NCBI GenBank assembly: GCA_028534125.1
Contig: CM052817.1
Span: forward strand, 24,306,001-24,370,000
DNA: 64,000 nt
DNA from: Lama glama
Lineage: Eukaryota
Direction of reading: 5' to 3'
Of the stretch, positions 63,446 to 64,000 are shown one piece after another; position 1 is the first letter of the stretch, and every line of letters starts with the position of its first letter. The position numbers and the translations under genes are program-made. The notes under the pieces are model-generated. The model was not told the DNA's origin. It worked only from the letters and a program-made list of their open reading frames with translations, and searched no databases.

Positions 63446-64000
63446 TTTTTATTCTCACAAACAGTTCATATTGAAAAAGTCAGTCTAAAAATTTTTCATT
63501 GATCCCACCTGGACTTGAAATTACACTCATCAATAGCCAACCTTATCAGAGATTGTTTATTCAGGCAAGTCCCATACACTAATTCTCTAGTATGTCAGTG
63601 TGCTGTTTGGTACAGGATATATACAAGGACTAGCTCTTAAAATACATAACCTTGTGCATTTTCATTAGAACCTAACGAACAGAAACTAACAGAGCACCCA
63701 GTAGAGACGTTCACATATGTATTTATAGCTGACCCTAAAGCCATCTCAGGGGCTAACTTGGGCAGAATTTCAGGTGTTCAGAAATGCAAAATGAATTCCT
63801 ATTTTAATTAATGCTTAAAAGTAAATTGCATTAAGAGAATATACGCAAGACAAGATCACCTGTCATAATAATAAAAAATGCTTCCCATATTTGCACAGTA
63901 TGTACAATCTAAACAATCCCTTCAGCACATTTTAATTTTGTATTTGTTCATACTGTTCAATCAGTTTTCATCTGGGTATTACAATACCAATATACATGTA

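Noticed and set aside
1..64000. Prokaryote-type systems (CRISPR arrays, operons, defence islands), rRNA/tRNA genes, NUMT or ERV internal genes
   Set aside because: No regularly spaced repeats, dense ORFs, structured RNA genes, or mitochondrial or gag/pol/env-like sequence recognised; the window is ordinary mammalian repeat-rich DNA.

Overview
This is AT-rich, CpG-depleted eutherian genomic DNA, intergenic or deep intronic, from a draft assembly with three gaps of exactly 500 N. I recognise no protein-coding gene, RNA gene or CRISPR array. The longest ORFs are artefacts of the N runs; the other recognisable ORFs are decayed LINE-1 ORF2 pieces. Much of the window is interspersed repeats: old L2, MIR and L1M fragments, hAT DNA transposons (MER5, MER20, MER53, MER58A, MER63A, MER81), MaLR (MLT1) LTRs and about ten ERV1/ERVL solo LTRs. 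It also holds younger L1 copies whose 3' UTR resembles camelid L1, which suggests a camel, alpaca or llama genome. Family names come from recalled consensus sequences, not a search, and boundaries are approximate unless a target-site duplication (TSD) is given. I found no convincing new biological system. The best leads are two solo LTRs with intact promoter elements, a miR-1302-like MER53 hairpin, a CpG-retaining palindrome with a splice donor, and a few weak candidate exons.
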